34,366 nt of DNA from a virus. Taxonomy: Duplodnaviria; Caudoviricetes. A program made the position numbers and the translations under genes. Shown in pieces: positions 33,494 through 34,366 of the stretch. The DNA is taken from positions 1-34,366 of the IMG/VR virus record IMGVR_UViG_3300020161_000598. One strand, written 5' to 3'. A model generated the notes under the pieces. That model did not search any database, had not been told where the DNA came from, and saw only the letters and a program-made list of their open reading frames with translations. The first letter of the stretch is position 1, and every line of letters starts with the position of its first letter.

Positions 33494-34150
33494 ATGGCAA
33501 TTGTAAAAGGATTAAAAAACATTAACGCATTAGTAGATAAGCCAAAGTTTGAAGGCACAGGCACAAAGGTTCGTTGGTTTAAGATCGCTGACGGTCAAGC
33601 AGTAAAGATTCGTTTTATTGAAGAGCTTGATGAAGATTCAGCAAATTATAATGAGGCTCGTGGTCTTGCACTAGTTGTATCAGAGCACACAAATCCAAAG
33701 GACTATAAGCGTAAGGCTGTAGACACCATGGAGTCAGAAGGTCGTGACTGGGCAGAAGAAATGCACCGTAAGGATATGAAGGCTGGATGGCGTGCACGTC
33801 TTCGTTTCTATTGCAACGTTCTTGTAGATGATGGCATTGATGCACCATATGTTGCAATTTGGAACATGGGTGTTAGCAAGCAATCTGCATTTAATACTAT
33901 TCGTGAGTATGCACTTGAAACAGGTAGCATCTCAAATCTTACTTGGAAGGTAAAGCGTAACGGTCAAGGTACTGAGACAAGTTATACACTTATTCCAAGT
34001 TCTCCAGATGCTGCTCCATTTGATTGGACAGGAATTGAACCATTCCCATTGGAGAAGGCACTAAACAAGGTTCCATACGCAGAACAAGAAGCCTTTTATC
34101 TAGGCTTTGATACTCCTTCATCTTCATCATCAGCAAACATTGACTGGTAA
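33494..34150 (+). CDS. single-stranded DNA-binding protein (T4 gp32-like)
   Basis: RBS AAGGAG; VKIRF, RFYCNVLV and KVKRNGQGTETSY motifs; short C-terminal tail ending in DW; located between primase and polymerase. Confidence 0.72.
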   Translation: MAIVKGLKNINALVDKPKFEGTGTKVRWFKIADGQAVKIRFIEELDEDSANYNEARGLALVVSEHTNPKDYKRKAVDTMESEGRDWAEEMHRKDMKAGWRARLRFYCNVLVDDGIDAPYVAIWNMGVSKQSAFNTIREYALETGSISNLTWKVKRNGQGTETSYTLIPSSPDAAPFDWTGIEPFPLEKALNKVPYAEQEAFYLGFDTPSSSSSANIDW

Positions 34151-34153
34151 TAG

Positions 34154-34366
34154 ATGAACTACGTTGGCTTACATGTCCATACACACTACTCCTTAATGGA
34201 TGGTGTTGCTACTCCAGAAGAATACGTGAACCGTGCAGTTGAGTTAGGGATGCAAGCAATTGCTATCACTGACCACGGTACTTTATCTGGGCATAGGGAA
34301 CTGCACCGTATTGCAAAAGCAAATGGAATTAAGCCAATACTTGGTGTAGAAGGCTATATGACGACA
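34154..34366 (+). CDS. dnaE: DNA polymerase III alpha subunit (DnaE-type), N-terminal PHP domain, partial
   Basis: Not in the ORF track because it runs off the window. Translates to MNYVGLHVHTHYSLMDGVATPEEYVNRAVELGMQAIAITDHGTLSGHRELHRIAKANGIKPILGVEGY, the classic PHP motifs. Confidence 0.88.
   Translation, partial: MNYVGLHVHTHYSLMDGVATPEEYVNRAVELGMQAIAITDHGTLSGHRELHRIAKANGIKPILGVEGYMTT

Noticed and set aside
104-34184. Numerous short minus-strand and alternative-frame ORFs in the ORF track
   Set aside because: Nearly all lie within or across long, motif-bearing + strand genes, show no recognisable motifs, and read as shadow ORFs.
31328-34366. Inteins, introns or homing endonucleases in replication genes
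   Set aside because: Helicase, primase and SSB have ordinary lengths with contiguous motifs, and no splice-junction or endonuclease motifs were seen.
1-34366. tRNA or structured ncRNA genes
   Set aside because: Intergenic gaps are short (under about 80 nt) and are accounted for by terminators, promoters and RBSs; no cloverleaf was seen.

Overview
This window is a fragment of a long-tailed (siphovirus-like) dsDNA phage genome. It is AT-rich, and every credible gene lies on the + strand. Gene order: end of an upstream head gene, major capsid protein, head-completion/neck genes, tail tube, two paralogous tail assembly chaperones, a 3983-aa tape measure protein (TMP), distal tail and tail-tip genes, a fibronectin type III (FN3)-repeat fibre, small coiled-coil genes, then a replication block (Zn-ribbon, HTH, DnaB-like helicase, primase, SSB, start of a DnaE-type polymerase). 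The most unusual element is the TMP. Behind a normal TMP N-terminus, a ~55-aa motif (GG-x-V-x-G-x-GT-x-x-SDSIPA-x-LS-x-GEYVIKA-x-SV-x-KYG...F-D-x-LNA-x-x-F) occurs in three close and two degenerate copies. These copies bracket unrelated cargo domains: an OmpA-like peptidoglycan-binding domain and putative ADP-ribosyltransferase, kinase-like, HExxH metallopeptidase and GNAT domains. This suggests a cassette-shuffling, injected effector polyprotein. Other notable points: the G/GT chaperone pair appears to be encoded by two duplicated genes with separate promoters rather than by a frameshift; a single in-frame TAA splits a ~1026-codon tail gene; and the fibre ends in a (PFFP)n repeat. All family assignments come from motif recognition by eye and gene order, with no database searches.
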